A stretch of 64,000 nucleotides of DNA. Source: Chrysomallon squamiferum. Its lineage: Eukaryota; Animalia; Mollusca. Below are positions 26,914 through 40,982 of the stretch, in pieces. The stretch spans positions 1,116,001 to 1,180,000 of the forward strand of contig CM022669.1 of NCBI GenBank assembly GCA_012295275.1, given 5' to 3'. Within the stretch, counting starts at the first letter, position 1; every line of letters starts with the position of its first letter. The notes under the pieces were generated by a model. That model saw only the letters and a list, made by a program, of their open reading frames with translations, was not told the origin of the DNA and did no database searches. The translations under genes were made by a program, and so were the position numbers.

Positions 26914-29026
26914 AATTATGTGTCTGTTGTAATTTAACAAGAATCAGTTTCGTTTCAAAGAAATGTGCAGTAACGTGATTAGAAACCACCTGAGTTGTGT
27001 AATTGTAAAATCAGTGTATTAAAGTTTCAAGAAAAAAATCACAACTCACTCCACCCCGAAAACAACAACAACAACAACAACAACCAAACAAAACCAACAA
27101 ACAACAGAAACAAAACAAATCAGTCCTGTCACTGAAAATTACTTTAATAATAAAGGCAACAATAATAAACAAGATTTTTTTTTTTTTTTTTTTTTTATTT
27201 TATTAATTAAAAGAAAACGGAAAACAGTTTATGGTTCATTAAAGCAGTTTTCTGATTAGAACTAGGGAGTATAGTTAATTTTACATTTTAGTAACACTAC
27301 TGTTATTTTGTTTTGGAAATGTCCTTGAAATGTGTTAGAGTTTGAAACGTTTACATGTGAGAATTGTGAATAAAATGATTCATTATTGGATGAGACTGTC
27401 TTCACGATTTAATTCAGTTTAGAAATCGACCGAGACTCATAAACGTCGGTATGATTTGATTTTTGTATTCTGCAAGTCGTATCTAGTGAACGCGACTTCA
27501 TGTTTACTGTTCATTTAGACTGGTAACAGTCTGTTCAAGGTGCTCAGTGATGTAAGAAAATAGCATGTATCTATTTATGTATCTTTATTCGTATGTGCTG
27601 TTAATATTATTCGACATTTTTTCTTTATAAACCAGTAATTGTTAAAACATTGCAACGGCGTTTATGAATGGATATATTTTAATCGTTTTTACAATATCAC
27701 GGGATTAATATTAATATACTACGTGAAGATTAAACTGTTTAAATAAACTGTTTAAAACATGCATTACATTTAAGAATGCATCGTGTATAACTGTCCATCC
27801 TCCAAATACACATTCTTTATGTTTATGTTAATGATTATTTATACAAAATGTTGTAAAAACTGTATGTTTATCAGCCACAAGGCTTAAAGTAAACAACTAG
27901 TACTAAACGGAAACCCTGTTCTGGTTAGAAGTATTTTTTCGCTAATTATTTAATCTGTGCTGATTAAGAAAAATAATCAATACAATTAATATACCGCGCA
28001 AATCTGCTTTAAGACAATTTTGATTAGCAAAGTTACTGAATAATAATATCTACAGAAGAGTTTTTCAGGGGAGTTAATTTTGTTTATGAACTTAATATAG
28101 AGGATAAATAGAAACTAACTAAATATTTTCATTATATTGGTAGTGACTGATGTTTATTTGACAAATATATTTAACTTTCAAGTAGCTGTATGTGTGTGTA
28201 TATAAACTTGGTTTATCTACTGATTTTGTTTTTGTTTTTTTAATTATTACTATTTTTTATTTTTAAAAAAAAAATTTATCCCCCAAAAAGCTGATATTTA
28301 AATATGGGAATATAAACTTAGAATGCTCAAAAACTGATAGTTAATATCTTATCGTCATCATCATTATTATCATTAAAATCAGCATCATCATCGTGATTAC
28401 TGTTGTTGTTGATGATGTGCTTGCTTCTGACATATTCTGTTAGTTTGTAACCATTCATTCATTCATTCAATCATTCCATAATAATTCATTCAATTATTTA
28501 ATTTGTCGATCTGTCTATTTTAAATTTAAATTTCTGAATTTGTTTTAAACAATTTTCATTAACATTTAGGAACTTATCCGTCTTTCCAGATCTTTCGAAT
28601 AGCAGTCAGATATAACGAAAACCTTTCATTAAAAGGTCAGAAAAAAATCTCGTTATTAGTAAACAAGATAATGCAGTAAAAAGTGAATTCTCCGAACACC
28701 CCAGCGCAACAGAATCACGACGGACGGACAAAAATAATGACGCCAGACAAGATAATCCTGCTGGTTATGAATTTTTAAATGTTTTTAGAGTGCGACTGAC
28801 AGCAGCAAAAGCCGGGTTGTTTGAAGAGTTCGCGCTCTGGGGAAGACCTGTTTTAGTACAGTTATCTTTCGTCTGTCGACATTTCTAACACACAACGATT
28901 CAAGTAGTTCACTTACAACAAATCTGTGAACACAAAAAATAAAGAAATGTAATAAAATGGAAGAAAAAATAATTAAATAAATAAAACAGATAGATAGATA
29001 GATAGATAGATGGATAGATAGATAGA

Positions 29027-29057
<31 letters not shown>

Positions 29058-29459
29058 AGATAAGATAAGATAAAACAAGTAATTAATACATAAGTAAGAT
29101 AAATTAAATTAACACAATCATTATGTGTTATTAGGTAGAAACTGTAAACTAATTCTTCTCTTTATCGACGTAGGAATAATAATAATAAAATAATAAACAA
29201 ATAAAACAGAAACTTTACCTTATTTTTCTTGAATCTAAATAAAAACAAAGAAAAAAAAAGAAAAGAAAAAAAGCAAACAACGAAAAACAACAACAAAAAA
29301 CAACACAACAACAAACAACAAGCAAACCAAGACACCAGTCACTAACTCTCTCCCAAAATATCCAAGAATCACAAACTGCTCTCTGTTTTATCCACATCGT
29401 TTAATAATTTTAAGAAGAAATCTTTTTGCTATAATTAGGGTTAAAGGTTATAAGCACTG

Positions 29460-29480
29460 TGACGTCACACTATGACGTCA
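29460..29480. promoter_or_regulatory. Tandem pair of perfect CRE palindromes
   Basis: TGACGTCA at 29460-29467 and 29473-29480 in intergenic AT-rich DNA. Confidence 0.45.
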
Positions 29481-29559
29481 TGAAAACAGCAAGTTTATTA
29501 CCGTATTCTTAGCACATATATTAGAGAAATTAATTAATTAATTAATAAATATTAATATT

Positions 29560-29567
29560 AATATTAA

Positions 29568-29651
<84 letters not shown>

Positions 29652-29789
29652 CTTGCTATTGTTGTTGTCGTGTTATTGTTATTACTATTACTATTGTTAT
29701 TATGATTATGGTTATGATTATTATTATTGTCGTTGTTGTTATTATTGCTATTAATATCTATTGCTGTTGCTATTGTTATCATCACTGTC

Positions 29790-29848
<59 letters not shown>

Positions 29849-29860
29849 TGTTGTTTTTGT
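29560..29860. repeat. (ATT)n and related trinucleotide tracts
   Basis: Long TTA runs; explain the poly-I/poly-L ORFs 29727..29921 and 29761..30150. Confidence 0.9.
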
Positions 29861-30246
29861 TATTTATTTATTTATTAATTATTATAATTATATTTTTATT
29901 GGGATTTATTTTAAATTATAAAGCGTTGCTGGAGAGTATTCTTAATTATCTTTCTCTGTACCCGTTTGTACATTTGTCTCTCTGTTTATCGAACTGTTGG
30001 TCTGTCTGTATTGTTGTTGTTGTTCTTCTTGTTAATTTTATTGTTATTATTGTTGTAGATATTGCCGTTGTTTTGTTATTATTATTTATTATTTATTATT
30101 ATTATTGTTTTGTTGTTGCTGCTGTTGTTGCTGTTGTTGCTCGTACCTAAATCAAATTTTTATCACACATGCTGATTTTGATTTCAGCTGCAGTCGTACA
30201 AACTGTTTTCTTTACGTGAACAGATCCCTCACACGTGAACGTTCCC

Positions 30247-31838
30247 GACAGATGAAGTCGTCGAGTTTGTGAACTGTTTGTCAGACAGGTGAAGACATCG
30301 AGTTTGTGAACTATTTGTCAGACAGGTGAAGACATCGAGTTTGTGAACTGTTTGTCAGACAGGTGAAGACATCGAGTTTGTGAACTGTTTGTCAGACAGG
30401 TGAAGACATCGAGTTTGTGAACTGTTTGTCAGACAGGTGAAGACATCGAGTTTGTGAACTGTTTGTCAGACAGGTGAAGACATCGAGTTTGTGAACTGTT
30501 TGTCAGACAGGTGAAGACATCGAGTTTGTGAACTGTTTGTCAGAGAGATGAAGACATCGAGTTTGTGAACTGTTTGTCAGAGAGATGAAGACATCGAGTT
30601 TGTGAACTGTTTGTCAGACAGGTGAAGACATCGAGTTTGTGAACTGTTTGTCAGAGAGATGAAGACATCGAATTTGTGAACTGTTTGTCAGACAGGTGAA
30701 GACATCGAGTTTGTGAACTGTTTGTCAGACAGGTGAAGCGAGTTTGTAAACTGTTTGTCAGACAGGTGAAGACATCGAGTTTGTGAACTGTTTGTCAGAG
30801 AGATGAAGACATCGAGTTTGTGAACTGTTTGTCAGACAGGTGAAGACATCGAGTTTGTGAACTGTTTGTCAGACAGGTGAAGCGAGTTTGTAAACTGTTT
30901 GTCAGACAGGTGAAGACATCGAGTTTGTGAACTGTTTGTCAGAGAGATGAAGACATCGAGTTTGTGAACTGTTTGTCAGACAGGTGAAGACATCGAGTTT
31001 GTGAACTGTTTGTCAGACAGGTGAAGACATCGAGTTTGTGAACTTTGTCAGACAGGTGAAGCTGTTGTGTCAGACAGGTGAAGACATCGAGTTTGTGAAC
31101 TGTTTGTCAGACAGGTGAAGACATCGAGTTTGTGAACTGTTTGTCAGAGAGATGAAGACATCGAGTTTGTGAACTGTTTGTCAGACAGGTGAAGACATCG
31201 AGTTTGTGAACTGTGTGTCAGACAGGTGAAGCGAGTTTGTAAACTGTTTGTCAGACAGGTGAAGACATCGAGTTTGTGAACTGTTTGTCAGAGAGATGAA
31301 GACATCGAGTTTGTGAACTGTTTGTCAGACAGGTGAAGACATCGAGTTTGTGAACTGTTTGTCAGACAGGTGAAGACATCGAGTTTGTGAACTGTTTGAA
31401 GCGAGTTTGTAAACTGTTTGTCAGACAGGTGAAGACATCGAGTTTGTGAACTGTTTGTCAGAGAGATGAAGACATCGAGTTTGTGAACTGTTTGTCAGAC
31501 AGGTGAAGACATCGAGTTTGTGAACTGTTTGTCAGACAGGTGAAGACATCGAGTTTGTGAACTGTGTGTCAGAGAGATGAAGACATCGAGTTTGTGAACT
31601 GTTTGTCAGACAGGTGAAGACATCGAGTTTGTGAACTGTTTGTCAGAGAGATGAAGACATCGAGTTTGTGAACTGTTTGTCAGAGAGATGAAGACATCGA
31701 GTTTGTGAACTGTTTGTCAGACAGGTGAAGACATCGAGTTTGTGAACTGTTTGTCAGACAGGTGAAGACATCGAGTTTGTGAACTGTTTGTCAGACAGGT
31801 GAAGACATCGAGTTTGTGAACTGTTTGTCAGACAGGTG
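30247..31838. repeat. 37-bp tandem satellite, about 43 copies, highly homogeneous
   Basis: Unit GACAGGTGAAGACATCGAGTTTGTGAACTGTTTGTCA (period checked 30284 to 30321), with GAGAGATG and 33-bp deletion variants. No spacers. Confidence 0.97.
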
Positions 31839-31975
31839 GGTACAAGTGTGCAGTTTAAGAAGGCTTTTCACGGTGTCATGTTTGTGAGAGATGAAATAAA
31901 ACTCTTAAAATGTATTTGTTAACATGTGATCTTTTCTCACTAGTGAAGTTGTAAGTCTCTAATACACATTGTCTA

Positions 31976-32027
<52 letters not shown>

Positions 32028-32863
32028 TATTACTGTACTTGAAAAATCGTTGGGCTAAAACGGGAAACTGTCAGCTATCAAACAGATATTTTTTTTTTCT
32101 TGACACCTACTCTCTTTTTTCTCTTTCTTAACTTTGCCTTTTCTTCCTCTTTCTCTTCTTATTCATTTTCACAATTATCTTCTTTTCTTCCCTTCTCTTT
32201 AGATGTAACGATTGATTTTCTTTTTCTATTTGATTAATTCATCGGAATTTGTTTTCCATCTGCAGACTAACGTACACTAAATGTTTTTGTCTAGTAACGT
32301 ATGATTAGAAACAAGACAATGTCTATTGGATCGAGGCTTGGAGACTTTGGTTTCTGTTACCAATTTCAAAATGCATTTCGTACTGACACCGGAATTCGGA
32401 CAGTTAATTTCTGATCCACTGAAAAACATAATACGTAACTGATAAGTTAAATATGAAAATAGTTTAGACGATTCGAGTTTTGTCAGGAGCTGTCACCAGG
32501 TTACAAATCGTGAAAAATGTGATGTTCTTCACCTTGCTGACAAATCCGTGTTTTAATTTATACCTGATACACGATTTGTTTCTCTTTTAGTCCATCAGCT
32601 TTTTCTTCCCCTTCACTTCTCTTCCCTCTTTTCCTACTGTATTTTGAATGGAGCTGAATTTACATTACAAATTCTTTTTGGTTGTAAACACACCCTGGCC
32701 GTAGAACTGATTATAAAACTAGTACCTACAAGCATACTGATAAATATTAAGTGTTTGTGTGTGTGTATATATATATACCTGGTATTAATATATTTAGGCA
32801 CCACCAAAAATGTCCTGATTTGGGGAAATTCTGGTTTACTTAGCTTTAGGTTCTGAAGTGTTT

Positions 32864-32968
<105 letters not shown>

Positions 32969-33485
32969 ATTTGTTTTTCTTTCTTTCTCCACTTTATTAT
33001 CAACATTTTTAAGTATCGTATTTAACCCTTCACATTATTTGCGTTCTGCTGTTTTGCAAAAATCCCATCAACAACGACGACATTGTGATTTATGTAATTG
33101 AAACATTGATCCGCCACCACCACCAACTACTATGACATCAAAGATACTAAATTTAGACGTCTTCTTTTAATTTTGTTTTTTTCTTCTTCCACTTGTGCGC
33201 TTAGATATGAGAAGAAGTAGAGGAAGAGGAAAAAAAAAAAAAGAAGAATAGAAATATGAACTTAAACAGAAAAAAAGCTGCAAAACAAGAGTGAAGATAA
33301 AAAAATCCGATAAGAAATATTAGAAAGTAATGATTTTACTAACTGGTGAACAAACTAATTTACGAATTACTGAAAATAAGTAAAGAACTGATTAAAGAAC
33401 ACCCACCCTCTCTGTCTTACAAATCATCAACAACAACTGTTTTATATTCTGCATAATACAAATTACATGCTCTTATAAATAAATC

Positions 33486-33575
33486 GTAGGGCACTGGTTG
33501 GAACGGTAAAATGTGGAAAGACATCTGGTCTCGAAGCTGTCACTCGTAAAGCCAGCGTTCTAATGACAGACGAAG
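33486..33575 (-). mobile_element. Possible degenerate tRNA-derived SINE fragment
   Basis: GCACTGGTTGGAACG...CTCGAA...CCAGCGTTCTAA loosely resembles the reverse complement of a tRNA-like SINE head plus core. Recognised from memory only. Confidence 0.25.
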
Positions 33576-33597
33576 AGTTTATATTTTAATGTGTTTA

Positions 33598-35565
33598 ACA
33601 CACCCATACATGCATATACTCATATACACACACATAAACAGATACACACCCATACATGCATACACTCATATACACACACATAAACAGATACACACCCATA
33701 CATACATACAAAAAGTCACATATTACATAAACATGCATATACTCACATACACACACACAAAAACAGATACACACCCATACATACATACACTCACATACAA
33801 ACACATAAACAGATACACACCCATACATGCATACACTCATATACACACACATAAACAGATACACACCCATACATACATACAAAAAGTCACATATTACATA
33901 CGCACATGCATATACTCACATACACACACATAAACAGATACACACCCATACATACATACACTCACATACAAACACATAAACAGATACACACCCATACATG
34001 CATACACTCATATACACACACATAAACAGATACACACCCATACATACATACACTCATATACACACACATAAACAGATACACACCCATACATGCATACACT
34101 CATATACACACACATAAACAGATACACACCCATACATGCATACACTCATATACACACACATAAACAGATACACACCCATACATGCATGCAAAAGTCACAT
34201 ACACATAAACAGATACACATGCACATGCATATACTCACATACATACACATAAACAGATACACACCCATACATACATACACTCACATACAAACACATAAAC
34301 AGATACACACACCCATACATGCATGCAAAAAGTCACATATTACATACGCACATGCATACACTCACATTCACACATACGTACACATACACATAAACACATA
34401 CACACATTCATACATAGAAACAGCAACACAACAACAACACAAACTAACACTTTTAAACACAAAAATACATTATAAATATTCAGTTATTCAAACACACACA
34501 CACACACACTAATACAAATTTATACACATACACACAGACAAAACAGACACACACACACACTAATACAAAATTATACACATACACACAAACAGACACACAC
34601 ACACACAATACAAAGTTATACACATATACACAGACAAACAGACACACACCCATACATACATACAAAAAGTCACATATTACATACGCACATGCATATACTC
34701 ACATACACACACATAAACAGATACACACCCATACATACATACACTCACATACAAACACATAAAACAGATACACACCCATACATGCATACACTCATATACA
34801 CACACATAAACAGATACACACCCATACATACATACACTCATATACACACACAATAAACAGATACACACCCATACATGCATACACTCATATACACACACAT
34901 AAACAGATACACACCCATACATGCATACACTCATATACACACACATAAACAGATACACACCCATACATGCATGCAAAAAGTCACATATTACATACGCACA
35001 TGCATATACTCACATACATACACATAAACAGATACACACCCATACATACATACACTCACATACAAACACATAAACAGATACACACACCCATACATGCATG
35101 CAAAAAGTCACATATTACATACGCACATGCATACACTCACATTCACACATACGTACACATACACATAAACACATACACACATTCATACATAGAAACAGCA
35201 ACACAACAACAACACAAACTAACACTTTTAAACACAAAAATACATTATAAATATTCAGTTATTCAAACACACACACACACTAATACAAATTTATACACAT
35301 ACACACAGACAAACAGACACACACACACACTAATACAAAATTATACACATACACACAAACAGACACACACACACACTAATACAAAGTTATACACATATAC
35401 ACAGACAAACAGACACACACACACTAATACAAAGTTATACACATACACACAGACAAACAGACACACACACACACTAATACAAAGTTATACACATACACAC
35501 AGACAAACAGACACACACACACACTAATACAAAGTTATACACATACACCTACACACACACACTAA
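33598..35565. repeat. Complex CA-rich minisatellite with an internal duplication of about 775-bp period
   Basis: Units such as CACACATAAACAGATACACACCCATACATGCATACACTCATATA. The unique block CAGCAACACAACAACAACACAAACTAACACTTTT... occurs at 34421 and 35196. Confidence 0.92.
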
Positions 35566-36091
35566 CATATATTCTAATTTTAAAAAAAATTAATTACTTT
35601 CTTTTCTTTCCTTTTTTATTTTATTATTTTATTATTGTTATTTTTTAAAAATATAATTTTATATTTTTGTGTGTTACTACATAATCAGTTTAGACACGAA
35701 TTATGATTTGTAGTTTTTACTGTTGTGCTCAGATTTCTCACTGAGAAAATCTCCTGACTCTGATCAATAGTAGTTTTGTGAAACCACTTCAGACTGTCCA
35801 TCACGGATGCATTTTTTTGAGAATCAGTTATAACTATTACACAATAAACTGGATATCGTGTCTGTAATTTATATTAGTCAAACAAAAGCCAGATACCTAA
35901 TTTCTTTAAATTGAATTCAAATAAAGTTAAACATCGTGAACGATAAAAATAGAAGGTTAATTTATATATATATGTGTGGGTGTAGGTTGAAATAAATAAT
36001 ATTTGTAGACATGCGTACATTCATCCACCCGTCCATCCATCCACACAGTGATATATATACAGTCATTTTTAAATAAGTACATACATATACA

Positions 36092-36220
36092 GGTTTAGTG
36101 ATCTGTAACCACTTTGTTTAGTGATCTGTGTCCAATTTGTTTAGTGCCCTGTCCACGTTGTTTAGCGACCTGTGTCCACGTTGGTTAGTGACCTGTCCAC
36201 GTTGTTTAGTGACCTGTGTT
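36092..36220. repeat. Short minisatellite of about 22-24 bp
   Basis: GTTTAGTGACCTGT(GT)CCACGTT, about 6 copies. Confidence 0.8.
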
Positions 36221-37774
36221 CGCTGTGGTGAGTGCGTGTTCCTGTGTCTGAGCTGAACAAACAAATCTCAGTGGTTCATTTATTCTAACTGTCAGAAACG
36301 ATGGTTTAAAACTTTCTTTGTTGTAATTTCACTTTCTGCATTACTAACGTATTTCTATCATGTATGTGTTAACTATTCCTTAATTTTTAGTGCGTAAATA
36401 ACTGACTTGAAATTATTTTACTGTAATATTAATACTATCAGCGAAGTAGAAAACTAAATAAACGATGTCAGTTTTCAAAACTGTTGACTGATTTTAGAAG
36501 TAGCTTAGTTCAACATGAGTATGGATGCAAATTAGCGTTTTGGTAAATCTTGTCACAGAAGAATGTAACAAATTAACAGTGAGGATTTTCAAATTATCTG
36601 TTTTTAGTTAGTTGTTGATATAAAACCTGGGAAAGGGAAAAGCTAGAGTAACTAACCTGGGAGAATCTAGAATTGTTTTTCTGTAAAACTGAAATTCATA
36701 TCAAAATATTTTCACTATGGGAAAAGAAGAAGAAGAAGATTAAAAAAGGATTTACGTCTTTCTGCCACTGAACCGCAGAGTAATTGTATAATCCTGTGAT
36801 GTATATTTTAATTGTTACTTTTTCAATGAGCTCAAATTATTTCAGTTTGAAGTTTCCAGGTAAAACAGACGTAATAATTTTTGAATATAATATTTTAAAT
36901 AAAAATATTTCTCTACAAGAACATTTTTATTTTAATAGACTGACTGCTGTTCAGTTCATCCTGCTCAGAAAAAAAAAAAAAATAAAAATAGGACACGTTT
37001 GTAGTTTTCAGTATGTCAAGAAGCATGATTCTGTTGTTTGCACTCAGGCTGTGTTAGGTTTGTTTTGTAGGGTGTAGAGGGCTGATTTACCTCACCTTAC
37101 ACAGACAGAAAAACAGCACCAACCTCTAATATAAACTGTTTTTATCAGTCGAAAGCTCAAATCATGCAACGTTTTTAGTCTGTTCATTTCTCTCTCAGGT
37201 TTTTCTAGTTTTTTGTTGAGCAGGTGTCCGCCTGGCTCACGCGTCAAAACTTGTGTTATGCGACAACAACAGCGACAACAACAATAAAAATAATAACAAA
37301 AATTATTAATTATAACAACAAGAAAAACGTCAACAACAAGAACAACAACAACAATAATAAATAATATCACCAACAATATCAACAAAAATATAGCAACAAC
37401 TGTAATAATAACGATTAATAAAAACAACAATGTAACGATAACAACAACAACAACAACAACAACAATAATAACAATGGTTAATAGTAAAAATAATAGTAAC
37501 AATAACAAATATATTGAGCAGCAGACTTTGTTAGAATGATAACGAATCACGTGAACATAACTAAAACAGTTTTATTTTAATGTAGCAATTTGGCCAAAAA
37601 AATAGTATTTATATATATTTTAAAATAATTATAAATTACTTCAAAAATAAAGCGGAAAAATAAAAGGTATATAGATAATAGTAAATTAGAGATTTTCTTT
37701 GAATTTTATCTTAGTTGGGATACCATTTATGTTTGTGTTGGTATGTAGTTGAGATATTATGTTTGTGTTGGTAT

Positions 37775-38156
37775 ACACTGTGTATAATACCTGTATTTCA
37801 TATACTGTATGTATTAATAATAACTATATTTCATGTACTGTAAGTATTAATAATGACTATTTTATACATTGTATTAATATTAACTGTATTTCATTAACTG
37901 TATATATTAATAATAACTATTTTATATATTGTATTAATAATAACTGTATTTCATATGCTGTATGTATTAATAATAACTATATTTCATGTACTGTAAGTAT
38001 TAATAATGACTATTTTATATATTGTATTAATAATAACTATTTTATATATTGTATTAATATTAACTGTATTTCATATACTGTAAGTATTAATATTAACTGT
38101 ATTTCATATACTGTATGTATTAATAAAAACTGTATTTCATATACTGTATGTATTTC
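37775..38156. repeat. AT-rich minisatellite of about 30-33 bp
   Basis: TATTAATAATAACTGTATTTCATATACTGTATG-like units; explains ORF 37759..38187. Confidence 0.85.
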
Positions 38157-38871
38157 ACGTCAACTGCACAGTCACAGGCCTGTATAAACTCTGTATTTTA
38201 TCTGATGGATATCTGCGTAGATATGTTACAGGAAATATATATTTTGAGGAAATTTGTATAATTCCTGAAAATTTCTGAAAATATCCGAGGTTGTAAGTAA
38301 ATCATCTGATTGCATTCGAGTGAGAAGTTGAGGAACCAGACTTGATGACGACAGTTTTGTTGCTATCTTCTAACAAATACGTATTTCCCAGTCTCTCTTT
38401 CTGCGGGTCCTTGGCTCTCTGGAAGCCTGGGTTTCCTAAAACCATCACCAGGTCTGGCCAATTACTTTAAAATCAACGACAAAACATTTTTTTTTTTCTG
38501 ATATTTTCAGGAATTATACGTACATCCTGTAATATATACATATATACGTATGTATATATAGTTATAACAGGTATATATGTATCTATGTTTGTATGAATAT
38601 ATGTATGTATGTATGTATGTATGTGTGTATGTGTGTATGTATGTGTGTGCGTGTGCGAGTGTGTGTGTATATATATATGTGTGTGTGTGTGCAGGTATGT
38701 TGCCATGGATATATGTGTGTATATCTATTTTATGTATATGTGTATTTTTGTTATTTATGCAATCATATCACATAATGCGTTGGTTAAATTAATTTAAAGA
38801 TAACTAACAGCACATATTATTCATTTATATAATGATGTGTGTGTGTTGTGTGTATGTGTGTGTGTGTTTTT

Positions 38872-38954
<83 letters not shown>

Positions 38955-38972
38955 CATATAAAGAATGTTCGC

Positions 38973-39345
38973 CTAGGGGTGTCCAAAGTGCAGTTCACAA
39001 GAACATCCAGTTTTCAGTCTCATGTAGTCGAGTCGGTAGTGTTGAGTGGTGTTGAAGTCCTTCACGAGCGCGTACACGTACGTGTATTTCTGAACGCACG
39101 TGGAAAATCTCACGTACTCAGGTGCTATGAGGTTGCACGGTCTCCTTGAAACGTCTTTCAGACACTTGGTCTGGTAGAAAGTCTGAACGGTCCGTGAGTC
39201 GCGGTACAGCTCGAGCAGCGTGCCACGCCTCGACAGCCCGCCCCTCGGCTGGATTCGCTCTGTCAGGGACGGGCAACACTCGACCTTGGAGGGCACGAGC
39301 CTCCTCCTCCCGTTGCGGCCTCGCTTTGACACACTGTCATATTGC
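38973..39345 (-). CDS. Neurotrophin/NGF-like cystine-knot protein, terminal exon (cleavage sites plus mature domain)
   Basis: QYDSVSKRGRNGRRRLVPSKVECCPS...QTFYQTKC...PCNLI...STCVQKYTYVYALV...LDYMRLKTGCSCELHFGHP-stop. This aligns by eye to the NGF motifs QYFFETKC, GCRGI, SYCTTTHTFVKAL and FIRIDTACVC. Convertase sites KR and RRR. Acceptor AG at 39347-39346, phase 2. Confidence 0.88.
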
Positions 39346-39497
39346 CTGCAAACAGAAGAGTACAGGAAATATTACTAACAGAAAAAAAAGAAGTGTCCGA
39401 ACAGGTACTTTTTATTTTTTGTTTTCTTAAACGAGATTTTAACGTAGGTAAAAACAGCGGATTCCTAGATTAGTGGAGTGATAAAAATTTTTGCACA

Positions 39498-39805
39498 TTT
39501 ATTCCTAAGTGGAACACAAACTAATACAAGTTTATTCCTAGATATAACATAAATTAATACAAGTTTATTCCTAGATATAACACAAATTAATACAAGTTTA
39601 TTCCTAGATATAACACAAATTAATACATGTTTATTCCTAGATATAACTCAAATTAATACAAGTTTATTCCTAGATATAACTCAAATTAATACAAGTTTAT
39701 TCCTAGATATAACACAAATGAATACAAGTTTATTCCTAGGTGTAATACAAATGAATACAAGTTTATTCCTAGATTATTACACAAATTAATAGAAGTGTAT
39801 TCTTT
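39498..39805. repeat. 33-bp minisatellite, about 9 copies
   Basis: TTATTCCTAGATATAACACAAATTAATACAAGT units. Confidence 0.9.
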
Positions 39806-39905
39806 GATATAAAACTGATTTATGTAGTTTATATAGTTGTATTCAGAACTTTAACACTGATTAATAGAATCGAAATATTTATATTTGTGTTGTACTTCAT
39901 CCGAG

Positions 39906-39960
<55 letters not shown>

Positions 39961-40394
39961 CGAGAGTGAGCTCCCCACGGCAGTTTGAGTTTATTCGAAG
40001 TTAAGAAAACGACATCAAAGAACACTTGACAATGACGTCAGTGTTTACATAACAACGTCACTGGAAAATCGCCAATTTCTTCATTAATTCGTATAAACAG
40101 CAGAGAAAGCGTCGCCTTGTTTACCCTCCTCCGCCTGACCTTGCTTTCACTCGGTGTGAGGATAATCTGAGATTTCCATACGTTTTATTCTCGTCTGCCG
40201 AGCATCAGCACAGAATCGTTAAGCGCAGATAGTCAGGTCACGATGAAAGATCACCATAATTTGTCATAAGTGACGTCATTTAAAACAATTAATATTAACT
40301 TCATCATATTAATATTCTGTAATTATTATTTGTATTATTATTTTTATTCACTTCATTTACACAAGGCTGTTCATCAGTCAGTAGAAATAATATT

Positions 40395-40982
40395 TTAAAC
40401 ATAATGATTTATCAGTCACTACAAGTTAAGTATGAAACATAATGATTTATCAGTCAGTACAAGTAAACTATGAAACATAATGATTTATCTGTCAGTACAA
40501 GTAAACTCTGAAACATGATGATTTATCAGTCAGTACAAGTAAACTCTGAAACATGATGATTTATCTGTCAGTACAAGTAAACTCTGAAACATAATGATTT
40601 ATCAGTCAGTACAAGTAAACTCTGAAACATAATGATTTATCAGTCAGTACAAGTAAACTATGAAACATAATGATTTATCTGTCAGTACAAGTAAACTATG
40701 AAACATAATGATTTATCTGTCAGTACAAGTTAAAATGATTTATCAGTATGAAACACAAATGATTTATCTGTATGAAACACAAAGATTTATCAATCACTAC
40801 AAGTTAAAAACATAATGATTTATCAGTCACTACAAGAAACATGATGAAACATTTTTATCTGTCAGTACAAGTAAACTCTGAAACATGATGATTTATCTGT
40901 CAGTACAAGTAAACTCTGAAACATAATGATTTATCTGTCAGTACAAGTAAACTATGAAACATAATGATTTATCTGTCAGTAT
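40395..40982. repeat. 38-bp minisatellite
   Basis: GAAACATAATGATTTATCAGTCAGTACAAGTAAACTAT units, degenerate in the middle. Confidence 0.9.

Noticed and set aside
30247-31838. 37-bp repeats of CRISPR-like length
   Set aside because: Units are head-to-tail with no unique spacers, there are no cas genes, and the context is eukaryotic. It is a satellite.
33589-35527. His/Thr-rich and Cys/Val-rich ORFs, here and at other CA/TG tracts
   Set aside because: Translations of (CA)n/(TG)n-derived repeats, not metal-binding proteins.
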